Shown piece by piece: positions 39,647-51,231 of a stretch of 64,000 bases of DNA. The DNA is from Cetorhinus maximus (Eukaryota), in contig NW_027597516.1 of the NCBI RefSeq assembly GCF_964194155.1, positions 1-64,000 on the forward strand, read 5' to 3'. The notes under the pieces are model-generated. The model saw only the letters and a list, made by a program, of their open reading frames with translations, ran no database searches and was not told the DNA's origin. Positions within the stretch are counted from its first letter, which is position 1. The number at the start of each line of letters is the position of its first letter. Position numbers and translations under genes: made by a program.

Positions 39647-40081
39647 TCATTTTCTGGTCCAGGGGACGCAGCCGCGCAGCCCGAGGACGGCGGCCACTAT
39701 CAGCGGCGCCCGGTGTCCCCGGAATTTGAGGCGGGTTTTGATGTTCTGGCTGCGGGCGCTGAGTCCAATCTCCCCCAGCTGGGCGCCGCTCCGGATCCGG
39801 TTCACCAGCTCCCCGTGCTCCACCGCCTCCTGCTCGGCCCGGACCAGGATATCGCGCAGCTGCTGCAGGCCGATCTCCAGCTCCCGGACCCGGCGCTGCC
39901 GCCGCTCCATCTCCAGCAGCCTCCGCCGGGCTTCCGCAAACTCCAGGCCGCTGCTCGAGGTCAGGGCCCGGGACACCGGCTCGCTGGCCGGGCCCCGCTG
40001 CTCCTTCTCCCGCACCTCGCCGGCGGCTGGCGGCGAACTCGCGGCTCTTTGGCCCGACAGCTTTTCCCGGAGTTTCCCCAT
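39647..40081 (-). CDS. TRNP1: TMF1-regulated nuclear protein 1-like, single coding exon, 144 aa
   Basis: LEFAEARRRLLEMERRQRRVRELE...AAVLGLRGCVPW matches recalled human TRNP1 (LELAEARRRLLEVEGRRRLVSELE...ASALGLGGCVPW). Strong Kozak context (GCGATGG), CpG island and polyA signal. TRNP1 and WDTC1 are both at human 1p36.11. Confidence 0.88.
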   Translation of the reverse strand: MGKLREKLSGQRAASSPPAAGEVREKEQRGPASEPVSRALTSSSGLEFAEARRRLLEMERRQRRVRELEIGLQQLRDILVRAEQEAVEHGELVNRIRSGAQLGEIGLSARSQNIKTRLKFRGHRAPLIVAAVLGLRGCVPWTRK

Positions 40082-40117
40082 CGCCGCGTCCGCAGTTTGG
40101 CTCCGACTGCGGAGAGT

Positions 40118-40240
40118 GGGCGGGGTGGGGAGGAGAGGGGTGTGTGGGCGGGGCTAGTGCGGTGGGCGGGGCTCCCGCAGTGAGTTGGACTGGTAAGGGC
40201 GGGGCTTTGTGAGGTGGGCGGGGCTAGCAGCTTGGCGGGG
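40118..40240 (-). promoter_or_regulatory. GC-box (Sp/KLF) cluster, TRNP1-like promoter
   Basis: GGGCGGGGCT four times plus further GGCGGGG copies within about 125 bp, immediately upstream of the ATG. Confidence 0.7.
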
Positions 40241-40639
40241 GCTTTGGTACCTTCTCCAGGGCTGCAGCCTGTGCCATTCACCCAATCCCCAAACTGCTTC
40301 ACAACTTGAAGATGCCACCAGATATCAAGGAGGACAGGGACAATGTTTTAAAGACACTCTGAAGGCCTCATTGAAACGGGAACAAACTTGCTGCTAACCG
40401 TCCCATGTGGCAGCGCCTCATCAACAAGCCGCAATACAGTAGGAAACGGAGGGTATAAACTGCTGCAAAGAAGCAACAAAAAGCAAAAAGAGAGGGAGAG
40501 AGAGAGCACAACCCTTGCTTGAGAACCTCCCTCCCTCAGGGCTTGAGGAAATGGGACTGACTGGATCGCTGTATAGAGAGCTGGCATAGACTTGATGAGC
40601 CAAATACCCTCCTTCTGTGCCATACTGACTCCAAGGCTC

Positions 40640-40980
40640 TATAAACCCAGCTCCCCTAAATCCAATCCCTAATCAAAGCCTTCCCTTAAAGTCAACCCCT
40701 AACCTCAGAAACCCTAATCCCAGCTCCCCTAATCTGGACCCCCTTTAACCAAGCTCCCCTAATTCCACTACCCCTAAATTCAGCCGCCCTCCCCACCCCA
40801 AAATATACCCAGGCCCTCACTAACACTCACCCTATTTCCAGCTCCGAATCATATTCCTATAAAAATATCCCCAGAACACCTAATCCCAGACCCTCATCGA
40901 CACATTCCCCAACCTCAGTCGCTTTTTAACACAAATACCTTACTCCCAGCTGGTCACACTAACCCTCTCTAACACACTCT
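40640..40980 (+). repeat. Degenerate C-rich low-complexity tract with many CCCTAA motifs
   Basis: Repeated cagctcccctaa / ccctaa motifs. Confidence 0.6.
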
Positions 40981-41159
40981 TCCTATCTCTGCTATGTTGA
41001 GCCCTATGAAAATGATCAGGTTGAAGTCAGTACCACACAGAAAAATGCCAAACAGTAAGCAACTTCCTCAGGTGGAAACTGGTTTGGTTCACCTTCAGGG
41101 TCAGTGTGGGTTGAGGGGAACCAGATAGTGACTGGAAGGAACCAGCACAAACCTTATAA

Positions 41160-41560
41160 CTGGGTCAGGATACTGCACACACCTGTACCTCGGTCAGGGA
41201 TCTGCATATCTTTGTGCAGGAACCTGCACACATCTGTAACAGGGACAAGAACCTGCACACATCTGTACCAGGGTCAGGAAAATGCATACATCTGTACCAG
41301 GGTCAGGAACCTGCACACACCTGTACCTGGGTCAGGAGTCTGCACACACCTGTACTTGGGCCAGGAGTCTGCACACACCTGTACCTGGGTCAGGAGTCTG
41401 CACACACCTGTACTTGGGCCAGGAGTCTGCACACACCAGTACCTGGGTCAGGAACCTGCACACACCTGTTCCTAGGTCAGGAGCCTGCACACACCTGTAC
41501 CTGCGGAGTCTGCATATACCTGTCAGCAATTTGTTCACACATCTACCTGGTTTAGGGCTC
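41160..41560 (+). repeat. 29-bp minisatellite (CCTGGGTCAGGAGTCTGCACACACCTGTA), about 13 copies
   Basis: Period of 29 read directly, with degenerate edges. Confidence 0.92.
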
Positions 41561-42031
41561 TGTACACCCATCGAGGGCTGCGTTTATAATAACATACTGA
41601 AGGCTTGCCGGAGCCAGCTCAGGCAATGCTATAGTTAGTAGGAAGGACGAAGGCTAATGGATCACAGGAACTGGGGAACCGATTCAGAAATGATTCCAAT
41701 TCCCTTAATGTGCACACTGCTGTCTCTTTAAGGATTATTGTTTAATCTGCAGCATGACACTTTCACGTTCCTGTAGATTTTGTTTTATAACAACATGTGA
41801 GGGAGGTGAAAATGGGGTTCGGGCCAGGGATAAGGAGGGTTTTTTGGTCCCGAGGACCAGGAAATATTGTGCAAAACACAAATAGCCAGAATGACCCAGA
41901 ACCAGCAGCTTCACTCAGACCTGCTGCTGATGTCATCGAGAGCTTTAACAGCCCTGACCTTCATTATGAGGAGAGCAGCAGAGGACAAAGGGAGAGACTC
42001 ATCATAGTGAGAGCTGCAAACTGTTACTTGA

Positions 42032-42161
42032 ATGATGGGCTTCGCAGAGTTTTATTTCAATGTGGACAGCGGTTACCTGGAGGGACTGGTCAGAGGGTTT
42101 AAAGGTGGGATACTGAAACAGGCGGATTTCCTCAATCTAGTGCAGTGTCAGACTCTGGAGG
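42032..42161 (+). CDS. V-ATPase V0 subunit d (ATP6V0D family) exon 1
   Basis: Encodes [43 protein letters not shown]; ends GAG G|gtgagt; 130 nt. Confidence 0.95.
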
Positions 42162-43191
42162 GTGAGTTCCTATTGAACTTTGTTTTTCCAGTTCCCTTGC
42201 TGGGAGACCAAAAGAAGGGAAAGACTTGCATTTATATAGCGAAGACAGGACACCCCATAGCGCATATTAGGTACTTTTTGAAGTGTTGTCATTGTTGTAA
42301 TGTAGAAAATGCAACAGCCAATTTGCGAGCAGCAAGCTCTCACAAACAGCAATGTGCTAATGATCAGGTAATCCATTTTTGTGATGTTGATTAGAAGATA
42401 AATATTGGTTAGAACACCGGGGATACCTCCCTTGCACTTCTTTAATACAGTGCAGTGAGGTCTTTTACATCCTCGCGAGAGGGCAAATGGGGTGTGCTCA
42501 AAGTGCAATTTTTCCCCTGTGGACCCAGCCCCTGAGTATCAGTTGGAATTGCTGTGGCTATGGTGGGGAGAGGGGGTGGGGGTGCTGGTACAGGAGTGGG
42601 GGGATTGAGGAGCGGATGGAATAGGTAGAGAATAGGGTTGGGGGTGGGGAGGTTGAGGAGGGGGAGGGTGAGTAGGGTGGATTGTCGGGGGAATCCAGGG
42701 AAGGGGAGTGGGGTGTGAAGTGGAGGGGGATATGTGGAGGAGAGGGAAGATGGGGAGGAGGGGGATGTAGGTTGAAGGGTAACCGAGCCTGCTCCTGCCT
42801 TCGCTCAGTGTCTGGCTGGGTGCAGCTTCCAGTGTGAGGGCCCAGCAAAGGCGGGAAGTAGGATCCTCAGTGATTTCCCTCTTTGGCCTGTGAGCTGACA
42901 GCAAACATGTAGCAAATGTGCCTGGTTATATTAGAGGTAGTGAGTCAAGGTGACGATTTGCTGTGGACACTGAGGTATGAGCTATTTTGATAATGGAAAT
43001 GGTGGAGCTGGAGATGTCAGTCTCCCCATTGGTTCAAAGAGTGTGGAGGTTAATCCTGGGAATTAATCGCCTCTTGCCCTCAGTCCCAGCAAGGGTTAAT
43101 AATCTTGCATTTAATAAGTGGTGTTTATCGAGCACTGTTTCGTGCAGAATAAACCCTTATCTAACCAGAGACTCGTGCTGTCTTTCTGCAG

Positions 43192-43363
43192 ACCTGAAGC
43201 TGCACCTTCAGAGTACAGACTATGGCAGCTTTCTGTCCAACGAAACTGGCCCTCTCACCGTCTCCATCATTGACGACAAACTGAAACAAAAACTGCTGGT
43301 GGAGTTTGTCTATCTGCGAAATCATTCCTTGCAGCCTCTCACCACCTTCCTGGATTATATCAC
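43192..43363 (+). CDS. ATP6V0D-family exon 2
   Basis: tgcag|AC CTG AAG ... ATC AC|gttagt. Encodes [58 protein letters not shown]; 172 nt. Confidence 0.95.
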
Positions 43364-43674
43364 GTTAGTAATCGGGGTTTTGCGTTTAGTTTATTGTCAC
43401 ATGAATATTTTGAAGAGTCAGTTGAAAGCACGTCTGAGGAAATCAGTGTTTCATTAGTAACTCAGTCACATTGCTCACTGTGTGACATTGAGAGGGTGAC
43501 AGCGTGATAGAGGGAGTGATACTGAGTGAGCGACAGTAAGTGTGAGAGTGACAGAGAGTGAATGACTGCTGGGTTACATTAGCCTGGACATTGAGTTTTG
43601 ATGTGAACTTTCCCATGGCTCCAGTTCTGTGCAGTTCAGTGTAACTTGTGCCCATTGCTTGCTCTGTTTTGAAG

Positions 43675-43853
43675 GTACAGTTACATGATTGACAACGTTA
43701 TCCTGCTGATTACTGGCACATTGCACCAGCGTCCTATCTCTGAGCTCCTTCCCAAGTGCCATCCCTTGGGCAGCTTCGAACAGATGGAGGCCGTTCACAT
43801 TGCCCAGACCCCCGCTGAACTCTACAACGCCATCCTGGTCGATACACCGTTAG
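43675..43853 (+). CDS. ATP6V0D-family exon 3
   Basis: tgaag|G TAC AGT ... TTA G|gtaaga. Encodes [59 protein letters not shown]; 179 nt. Confidence 0.95.
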
Positions 43854-43949
43854 GTAAGAGATGGACTCACGGCCCCCAGTACCGGCCAGATGGCGTTCAG
43901 CACCATCTGATCAATAGTCTGGAGCAGCTGCAATACGATGTAGGACCAT

Positions 43950-45330
43950 AGTGTACTGGTCAGTGAGGAGTATCTGTGTACTGTCAGTGCTGGGGTCCGA
44001 GTATCTGTGTATTGGTCAATGCAGGGGTCTGAGTCTCTCACTGTGTATTGGTCAGTGCAGGGGTCTGAGTGTCTCACTGTGTATTGGTCAGTGCAGGGGT
44101 CTGAATGTCTCACTGTGTACTGGTCTGGTCGGTGCAGGGGTCTGAATATCTCACTGTCTATTGGTCAGTGCAGGGGTCTGACTGTCTCACTGTGTATTGG
44201 TCAGTGCAGGGGTCTGAGTACCTGTGTACTGGTCAGTGAACTTCTCTGAATGACTTACTGTGTACTGGACAATGCAGGGGATCGAGTATCTGTGTACTGG
44301 TCAGTGCAGGGATCTGAATGTCTCACTGTGTACTGGTCAGTGCGGGGGTCTGAATGTCTCACTGTGTACTGGTCAGTGCAGGGATCTGAATGCCTCGCTG
44401 TGTATTGGTCAGTGTAGGAATCTGAGCATCTCACAGTGCAGGGGTCTGGTATCTCACTGTGTACTGGTCAGGGCAGGGGACTGAGTATCTGTGTAATAAT
44501 TAGTGAAGGGGTCTGAGTGCCTCACTGTGTATTGGTCAGTGCAAAGGTCTGAGTGTCTCGCTGTGTCCTGGTCTGTGAAGAGGTCCTAGTATCTGTGTAC
44601 GGGTCAGTGCAGGGGTCCTAGTATCTGTGTACCAATCAGTACAGGGTCTGAATGTCTTCACTGTGTACTGTCAGTGTAGGGGCTGAATGTCCCACTGTGT
44701 ACAGGTCAGTGCGAGGGTCTGAAAGTCTCACTGTGTACTGGTTAGTGTATGGGTCTGTGTCTCACTGTGTATTGGTCAGTGCAGGGTTCTGAATTCTCAC
44801 TGTGTATTGGTCAGTGCAGGGGTCTGAGTGTCTCACTGTGTATTGGTCAGTGTAGAAGTCTGTGTGTCTCATTGTGCAGGGGTCTGGTGTCTCACTGTGT
44901 ACTGGTCTGTGCAGGGGTTCGAGTATCTGTGTACTAGTCAGTGCAGGGCTCTGAATGTCGCACTATGGATTGGTCAGTGCAGGGGTCTGAATGTTTCATG
45001 GTGTACTGGTCAATGCAGGGGTCCTAGTATCTGTGTACTGGTCAGTGCAGTGGCCTTAGTATCTGTGTACGGGTTGATGCAGGGGTCCTAGTATCTGTGT
45101 ACCAATCAATACAGGGTCTGAATGTATCACTGTGTACTGGTCAGTGTACGGGTCTGTGTCTCACTGTGTACTGGTCAGTGCAGGCATCTGAGTGTCTCAC
45201 TTTGTATTGGTCAGTGTAGGGGTCTGAAGACTCACTGTGTATTGGTCAGTGTGGGATCTGAGTGTCTCACTGTGCAGGGCTCTGACTATCTCACTGTGTA
45301 TTGGTCAGTGCAGGGGTCTGACTGTCTCAT
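43950..45330 (+). repeat. Degenerate minisatellite with 36-bp (CTCACTGTGTATTGGTCAGTGCAGGGGTCTGAGTGT) and shorter variant units
   Basis: Fills most of intron 3 of the V-ATPase d gene. Confidence 0.92.
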
Positions 45331-45427
45331 ACTTGCTGAGTTACAACACAGGCCATGTGTTAGATCATAGAGCATGTCAGACTGTGTGAGTATGTTGAAC
45401 ACTCACCTGGTAATTTCCATTTCCCAG

Positions 45428-45507
45428 CTTCCTTCTTCCAAGATTGCATCTCGGAGAATGACCTTGATGAAGTCAATATTGAAATATTACGAAATAAACT
45501 CTACAAG
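45428..45507 (+). CDS. ATP6V0D-family exon 4
   Basis: cccag|CT TCC TTC ... TAC AAG|gtaaga. Encodes [27 protein letters not shown]; 80 nt. Confidence 0.95.
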
Positions 45508-46025
45508 GTAAGAACAATAAATCTGATCAGAATGCATAATTTTCTCCCAGGCATCTGTTATAAGAACAAAAAGGAATAGGGGCAGAAGTCTGCTCTATGG
45601 CTCCTCAAACCTGCTTCTTCATTCATTAAGATGATGGCTATTCTTTTACATCACCTCCAGTTACCCCTACTCTCCCCATATCCCTCGATATCAATCTATC
45701 TATCTGCTGACTGAGCAACCACAGCTCTCTGTGGTGGTGAATTCTAAGGTTTCCCAGCCCTCTGAGTGGAGAAAATTTTCTTCATCTCAGTGCTAAACGG
45801 CCAACCCCTTATCCAGAGAATAACTGTTATTTTACAGATAAACCTCACCAACCCCTCGATTAAATTTCAGCCTGTAACTCACTCCTAGGTATCTGTTATT
45901 TTACCTATAAGCCCCCCTGAAACCCTGGTGAGATTATTTTTATTTCTTTCATCAATCTGAGCAGAACCCATTGATAAATGATTTCTTGCTCACTAGCCTC
46001 AGGGTTGTCAATTTTCCTGTTTCAG

Positions 46026-46103
46026 GCTTATCTCGAATCATTTTACAGCTTCTGTAAAGAACAGGGTGGGCAGACTGAAGAAGTGATGTGTCCCATCCTG
46101 CAG
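46026..46103 (+). CDS. ATP6V0D-family exon 5
   Basis: ttcag|GCT TAT ... CTG CAG|gtaagc. Encodes [26 protein letters not shown]; 78 nt. Confidence 0.95.
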
Positions 46104-46289
46104 GTAAGCAAGTTAACCACTTCCCCCACTGTGACTGCATGTCTCTGTAAAGTGTAACTCTCGCAATCTGGCTCTGGGACTCTGGAACAATAAAGGGAAT
46201 CATTAAAATAGACATTGAACAATGAACAATCAGTGATCAATGAAGGTCAGGTTTGAGCCCAGTCAAAGGGAGTTCAGGGACCAGCAGTT

Positions 46290-48394
46290 AGGATGGGATC
46301 TGTGCAACCATTTATAGGGGTTTCCACCATTGTCACTTGATTCCAAGGGTTTCAGAGCATGTGCTATATGGTTCTAGGGTCTCTGTATGAGGACTGAGTA
46401 AGCAAGACAAATATCAAATTAACAGATTGGAAGAAATCTAATTTTGAGTGGTTGAGAATTGAAATAGGGAAGAGCAACTGGAAAAAAAATACAGAGAAGG
46501 AGTGAGAGCAGCAGTGGGAAATAGTTAAATCAGTGATCAATAGAGTGCAGCAGACATCTATTCCACTTAAAAACAAGATTCATGGATGAGTAAAAAGATG
46601 AGTCAGATTGAAAAATATCAAACACTAAGTATATGAACAACATGGGAGAGGATGACAAATAGGAATATAAAGAGGTTACAAAAGAAGTCAAAAGATGAGA
46701 ATTAAGTAACTTAAAAAGGAACTACGAAACTAAATTACTCAACAATGTAAAAAACAAAATAAAATATTCTAACAACACATAAAATTATGACAGGTTTAGA
46801 TAATGTAGACAAAGAAAAAATGTTCCCATTGGCTGATGGTACAAGGAATAGGGGACAAAGATTTAAGGTTTTGGGCAAGAGATACAGTGGAGATGTGAGG
46901 AAAACCTTTTTTTACAGTGAGTAGTAATGATCTGGAACTTGCTGCCTACAAAGGTGGTGGAAGCAGAGACGAAGAATGATTTTGAAAGGAAATTGGAAAA
47001 GCACATGAGGCAAATAACCTCGCAGGGCTGCAGGACTGAAGTAGATGAGTGGGACTGACTCGTTTTACAGACTTACGGACTTACAGAAAGCTGTCAGGGA
47101 CTTAAAGGGCCAAATGGCCTCCTTCTGTGAAATTACGGCTATGACTCCATAACTTTAAATAACAAAGGATAGGGCCACTAAGAATATACAAGCTAAACTC
47201 ACAGGTACTCTCAGCAAAATGGCAGAAATAATGAATGTCTGTCTCAGTATTTACAGGGAGCCTAACAAAGTAGGCATGACATTAGAAAAAGAGAGATAAA
47301 GACATTTTAGATTTGGGGGGGGATGATAATTGATGAACTTAAAGAGGATAAGACTCCTGGTCTGGAAGGATTGTCACTTGTAACCATGCATATTAAAATA
47401 ACTTATAGAACAGAGAGCAGAGGCACCATTACATACATATAACAATTCATTAGAAAAGGGAATAATAGCAAAGAACTGTCAGACATCTAATATTATACCT
47501 ATATTTAAAAAGGGAGATAGAACAAGCCCAGAGAACTATACAAAAGCAAAGTATTGTAGATGCTAGAAATCTGAAATCAAAATAGAAAAAGATAGAAATA
47601 CTCAGCAGGTCAGGCAGCCCCTGTAGAGAAAAGCAGAGTTAATATTTCAGGTCAATAACCGAGTATTTCCAGCATTTTCTGTTTTTATTCCAGGGAGCCG
47701 CAGACCAGTTGGGGGCCGGTTAGCTCAGTTTGCTAGATGGCTAGGATGTGATGCAGAATAACCTCAACAATATTGGTTCGATTCCTGTTCCAGCCTTTAA
47801 TAAGGTAGTAGACCCATGAGTAAGGTCAGAGCATACAAAGCCAGGGACAGGTAGCAGAATAGCTACTAAACAGAAAACAGAAAGTAGGGGTAAAAGGTGG
47901 GGAGTGGTGTTTCACAGGGACCAGTGCTGATACCACTGTTGTTCACCATTTAAGTAAATAATTTTGTCTTGCAAATCAGAAGTATAATTTCAAAATTTTC
48001 AGATGACACGAAGTTACATTGTTGTTAATACAAAAGGAGAATGCAACAAACTAGAGGAAGACATTACTAAACTTGCAAAATGGGCATGTTTTTGGCAAAT
48101 GAATTTCAATATAGACTAATGTGAGGGGGTGCATTTTGTGGGAAGATTAAGGAGGCCACATACTGATGAAAAAAAAGTGTCTAAATGGGGTAGAGAAACT
48201 GAGGGATCTGAGAGCACTAAAAATAGTGCCACATGTTAATAAGGCCATAAAAATTAAATAAAGTACTGGGGTTCATTTCTGGAAGGATAGAACTGAAAAG
48301 CAGAGAGGTTATGCTAAAGCTGTATCAAACCTTGGTTGGAACACACTTGTAGTATTGTGCCCTGTCCTGGTCTTGATATCGTAAAAAGGATATA
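46290..48394 (+). mobile_element. Decayed CR1 LINE (continues at 51011-51660) hosting several nested insertions
   Basis: RT remnants (PIFKKGDRTSPENY, SKFSDDTK, KSREVMLKLYQTLV). The reading RKDI|E..FTR is split by the Harbinger element. Confidence 0.8.
47714..47795 (+). pseudogene. tRNA-Ile-like pseudogene or isolated SINE head
   Basis: Starts GGCCGGTTAGCTCAGTT as in vertebrate tRNA-Ile(AAT) and has the B box GGTTCGATTCC. The anticodon arm is degenerate. Confidence 0.6.
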
Positions 48395-51007
48395 GGGCAG
48401 AATTTTTCGCTGAGTGGGTGGGCACGCGCCCGACCCGCTCGAGTGTAAAATAACACGTGATGATGTTGGGCGAGGGTCCTGACATCATCGCGCACTCTGC
48501 ATGATATTTCGGTCAGCTGGTGTGCGCAGGAATCGGAGCCGCGCCCGCCATCAATTACCAGGCTGGTTAAGGCCATTAAAAAGGCAATTAAGCTAGATTT
48601 TACATTGCCTGTGTGACTTTGTGCTTGTCGCACAGGCAAAATGGGCAGGCGGGCAGCCGACAATTTGCTAAACCTCATCCAAGGGCGGGATAAAAAGGGT
48701 CCACAGCATTGCCAGTGCGAGTAGTGAGGAGTTTAGGAGATAGTTTGCTGCTGGTTGCTTATTGGCACTTGACAGCTTCATCTCTGTTCAGGGCTTCATT
48801 GTTAGCATTTCCAGGCTTCAGTTCAGGACTTATTGGCGTCGCCAAGGCCCCCAGAAGATTCAGACCGTGTGGACCCTTCCAGGTGTCAAACAGCCTTCCC
48901 TTACCCTGGGAATGGGGATTGTGGTCTCTGCTGGTGGCACCTCCTCTGTGGAGGAAGAGAGGGACAGAAGGGAGAGGAGGCCAGGTGCCCCAATGCAGCT
49001 TTGAGGGGAGAGAGCAATGGGAGGAGTGGCTCAGGCACAAGGCGCGCAGGGCCAGCTGGCAGTCCAAGGTGGAAGGGGCCACAGGAGACGTCACTAACCT
49101 CCTGCCAGGGTTTACAGGCAGCGATGCAGCTACCTCAATATGTCTGAGGTGCAATGCCAAAGAAGGCTCCGCCTCTCAAGGGAGACAGTGACCTCCATTT
49201 GTCAGGTGATTGGGCCTGAGATCAGTTCCGACCGTGTGGGTGGACACTCCATGCCAGTGGCTTTGAAGGTCACGGTGGTTCTCAACTTCTTTGCCTCCAG
49301 CTCTTTCCAGGGGTCAGTTGGGGATCTGTGTGGAGTCTCCCAATCAGCTGTCCACAGTTGCATCAAGCAACTCTTTTCAGGTGACTACTGACATGAGAGT
49401 CGCCACTGTCTCAATGGAGGAGGCAGTGCGCTCGGCCATGAGGGTCAATACAGTGCACATGCTCCTCATGGACCTCCGCCAAATCCTCCTGCACATCTTG
49501 CTGGACATCCAGCATCTGCTGCCTAATGGACAACTCCAGAGGCTCAACATCTGCCTTCAACTCAGCATAGTCCTGGTCCCCAGCAGTCCTCCGACTGCTG
49601 GCGCCCTGGGCACACTCTGCCTCCAACTGCACCTCAAGCGAGTGTAAAGTGCCCTCATCAATGTGCACTGACATTCTAGCCGCCGATCTAATGCCCACCA
49701 AGGTGCTGGTATCTGCGCTGCTGCCTGGTTCAGCGAGTGGGTGTGAAACAGGTGCAAATAAAGCCCGGTGGTCCTCCTGCATCAGGGTGGCCCTTCGGTG
49801 TCCAGAGAGTGAGTGCGCGCTGGCGAATCTAAGGGAGAACAAGGACATGTCATTAGTTAAAGCCATCACACTGTCACTGTGCATGCCAGGCACCCTAGTG
49901 AGACAATGGAGATCTGCATCATGGTGCCATCATCTTTCAATGATCAGTGAGGACTGCTGGTTTGAGGCTCCCATCAACAAAGAGGCTACACTAGAATGGT
50001 TGCACAGTACAAAACTTTCACCTCTGTGTACTGCGTTCTCACCTTCATCTGGCACCCCCACCTCTCCACACCCAGTTGCACGTGGAGCGTGCCAGCTCTC
50101 TAGCTCTAGGGCATCCTGCTTGAATCTGGTGAGCAGCAGCAGGTTGAGCAGGCCTCCGCCTGTATGTGACCTCTCTGATGGGTTATGGCTTGTCTTCTCC
50201 TGAAAGGACAGAGGAGCATTGATTAGTCCACTCTCTACCTGCAGCGCCATTGCAGCCTGGCCAACCCCAGCTGAGGAACACCTCACAGGGCACATCCGAG
50301 TTGCAGCCCTTGAGCCACAAGGCACTCAGTCCAAGCAGCCAGGGCTCACCCCCTTGGCCAGCTCTGGCATCATTGACAGTTGGCACTCAGACTCTAGCAC
50401 CCGAGGTCCAGGGGGGAACGGCCAGATCTTAACACTTATGCACACTGATCCATGCCAACACTGTACTTACCCTTCCTGAGCGCAGCAGGTCATTGAACCT
50501 CTTCAGGAACTGTACCCATGTGCATTGCATCACGTCATGGCTGCTAACCTCCTCCCATGCCCACTTTGTCAGATGCGGTGGCCTCCTCTTCCCATCTCTG
50601 GGGACAATGGTGTCCTTCCTGGTGGCCACCTCCTCCAGGAGGATCACGAGGCACCCATCCAAAAAGCAGGCGGCCGAGTGCCCACCCGACCTGCCCTTCC
50701 ACCTACTGGCCCGAGCCACACTCGACTCCATCACATTAGGTAACGAGAGACAGAAGAGATGTTCTTCCATGGCAGCCTTCAAGGGGCTGTTATTATTAAA
50801 CCAGCCGCCGGGTCACTGTTGGACTCAGCAGCTGACAGACCCCCTCCCCCGCCCCGCCCTTCCCAACCAGTGAGGAGCTGCGTTTCATGCTGGGCGAGCA
50901 TTAATTGGCCCGCCAACGTGAAATCAAAGCTGGGGGCCGGTCGGGGGCAGCGACCCATTTCCCAGCCGATCCTGGACCCACCGCCTGCCAAACTGAAAAT
51001 TCTGCCC
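48395..51007. mobile_element. PIF/Harbinger DNA transposon, internally deleted
   Basis: Perfect 12-bp TIR GGGCAGAATTTT/AAAATTCTGCCC and 3-bp TSD ATA. Plus-strand HARBI1-type transposase N-terminus at 49140-49380 (RLRLSRETV..KVTVVLNFFASSSFQGSVGDLCGVSQSAV). Minus-strand Myb/SANT-like ORF at 50429-50782. Confidence 0.93.
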
Positions 51008-51231
51008 ATAGAGATTTGGAGAAGTGCAAGATTCACAAGGATATCACCAGAACCGAGAAGATATACTTATTGGGGAAGACTGAACACGCTAGGGCTCTTT
51101 TCTCCAGAAAAAAAGAATAGTGAAGGGCAGCCTGAAAGAAGTCTTTAAGATTATGAAAATAGGGGAGAAGTAAAGAAGATATTTCCACTTGTGGGAGAAG
51201 CCCAAAACCCAAAACTAGGGACCATGAATAT

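Noticed and set aside
39461-40183. 240-aa and 201-aa plus-strand ORFs
   Set aside because: These are antisense shadows of the GC-rich TRNP1-like ORF. They show no recognisable homology, and the promoter, Kozak and homology evidence favours the minus strand.
40640-40980. Interstitial telomere
   Set aside because: The CCCTAA words are dispersed in a degenerate C-rich tract rather than forming tandem (CCCTAA)n.
47714-47795. Functional tRNA-Ile
   Set aside because: The D and anticodon arms are disrupted and over-long, and it lies within a LINE.
49140-49391. Host HARBI1 gene
   Set aside because: The fragment is truncated and lies inside TIRs and a TSD, so it is a transposon remnant.
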